Source: Macrostomum lignano (lineage: Eukaryota). From it: a DNA stretch of 64,000 nucleotides. Every line of letters starts with the position of its first letter. The stretch's first letter is position 1. Location of the stretch: the NCBI GenBank assembly GCA_002269645.1, contig NIVC01001457.1, positions 124,001 through 188,000 of the forward strand, read 5' to 3'. A model generated the notes under the pieces. It searched no databases. It was not told the DNA's origin and saw only the letters and a program-made list of their open reading frames with translations. A program made the position numbers and the translations under genes. Below, piece by piece: positions 63,844 to 64,000 of the stretch.

Positions 63844-64000
63844 GTACGATTTGCGTTACCGTGACCAGAATCGCTAAAGAGTCGCTGCGACTCTTGTGGG
63901 TTTTTTAACGACTCAAACGACTGTAATTGCGACAGAGAGGTTTCTGCTAACTCAAGTAGACTAAATAGAGTTGTTATAAATGCGAAATGCGATTTCTGAT

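Overview
Metazoan genomic DNA: spliceosomal introns, an animal-type EMRE gene, and very dense micro- and minisatellites. The repeat style suggests an invertebrate such as a free-living flatworm, but that is inference only. Recognisable genes: intronless EMRE/SMDT1; two 25-codon RPL41 copies missed by the ORF track, flanking an intronless orphan type I membrane protein; a three-exon taperin/phostensin-like PP1-regulator gene; and the first exon of an SNX15/RPS6KC1-type PX-domain gene. The centre (22.4-47.2 kb) is a tandem duplication with its junction at 37007-37008. It carries a cluster of predicted secreted proteins built as signal peptide + PAN/apple-like module + optional Thr-rich mucin stalk + ALK/LTK-like glycine-rich domain, with no transmembrane or kinase part. 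Each copy has a different apparent lesion; the homopolymer frameshifts may be assembly errors. Mobile elements: a multi-kb foldback element with long inverted arms, a PHD-bearing deleted Mutator-like element, a mariner relic, a tRNA-derived SINE with a 16-bp TSD, a solo LTR and hAT-type MITEs. No CRISPR arrays or intact tRNA/rRNA genes were seen. All protein family calls come from motif recognition, not database searches.
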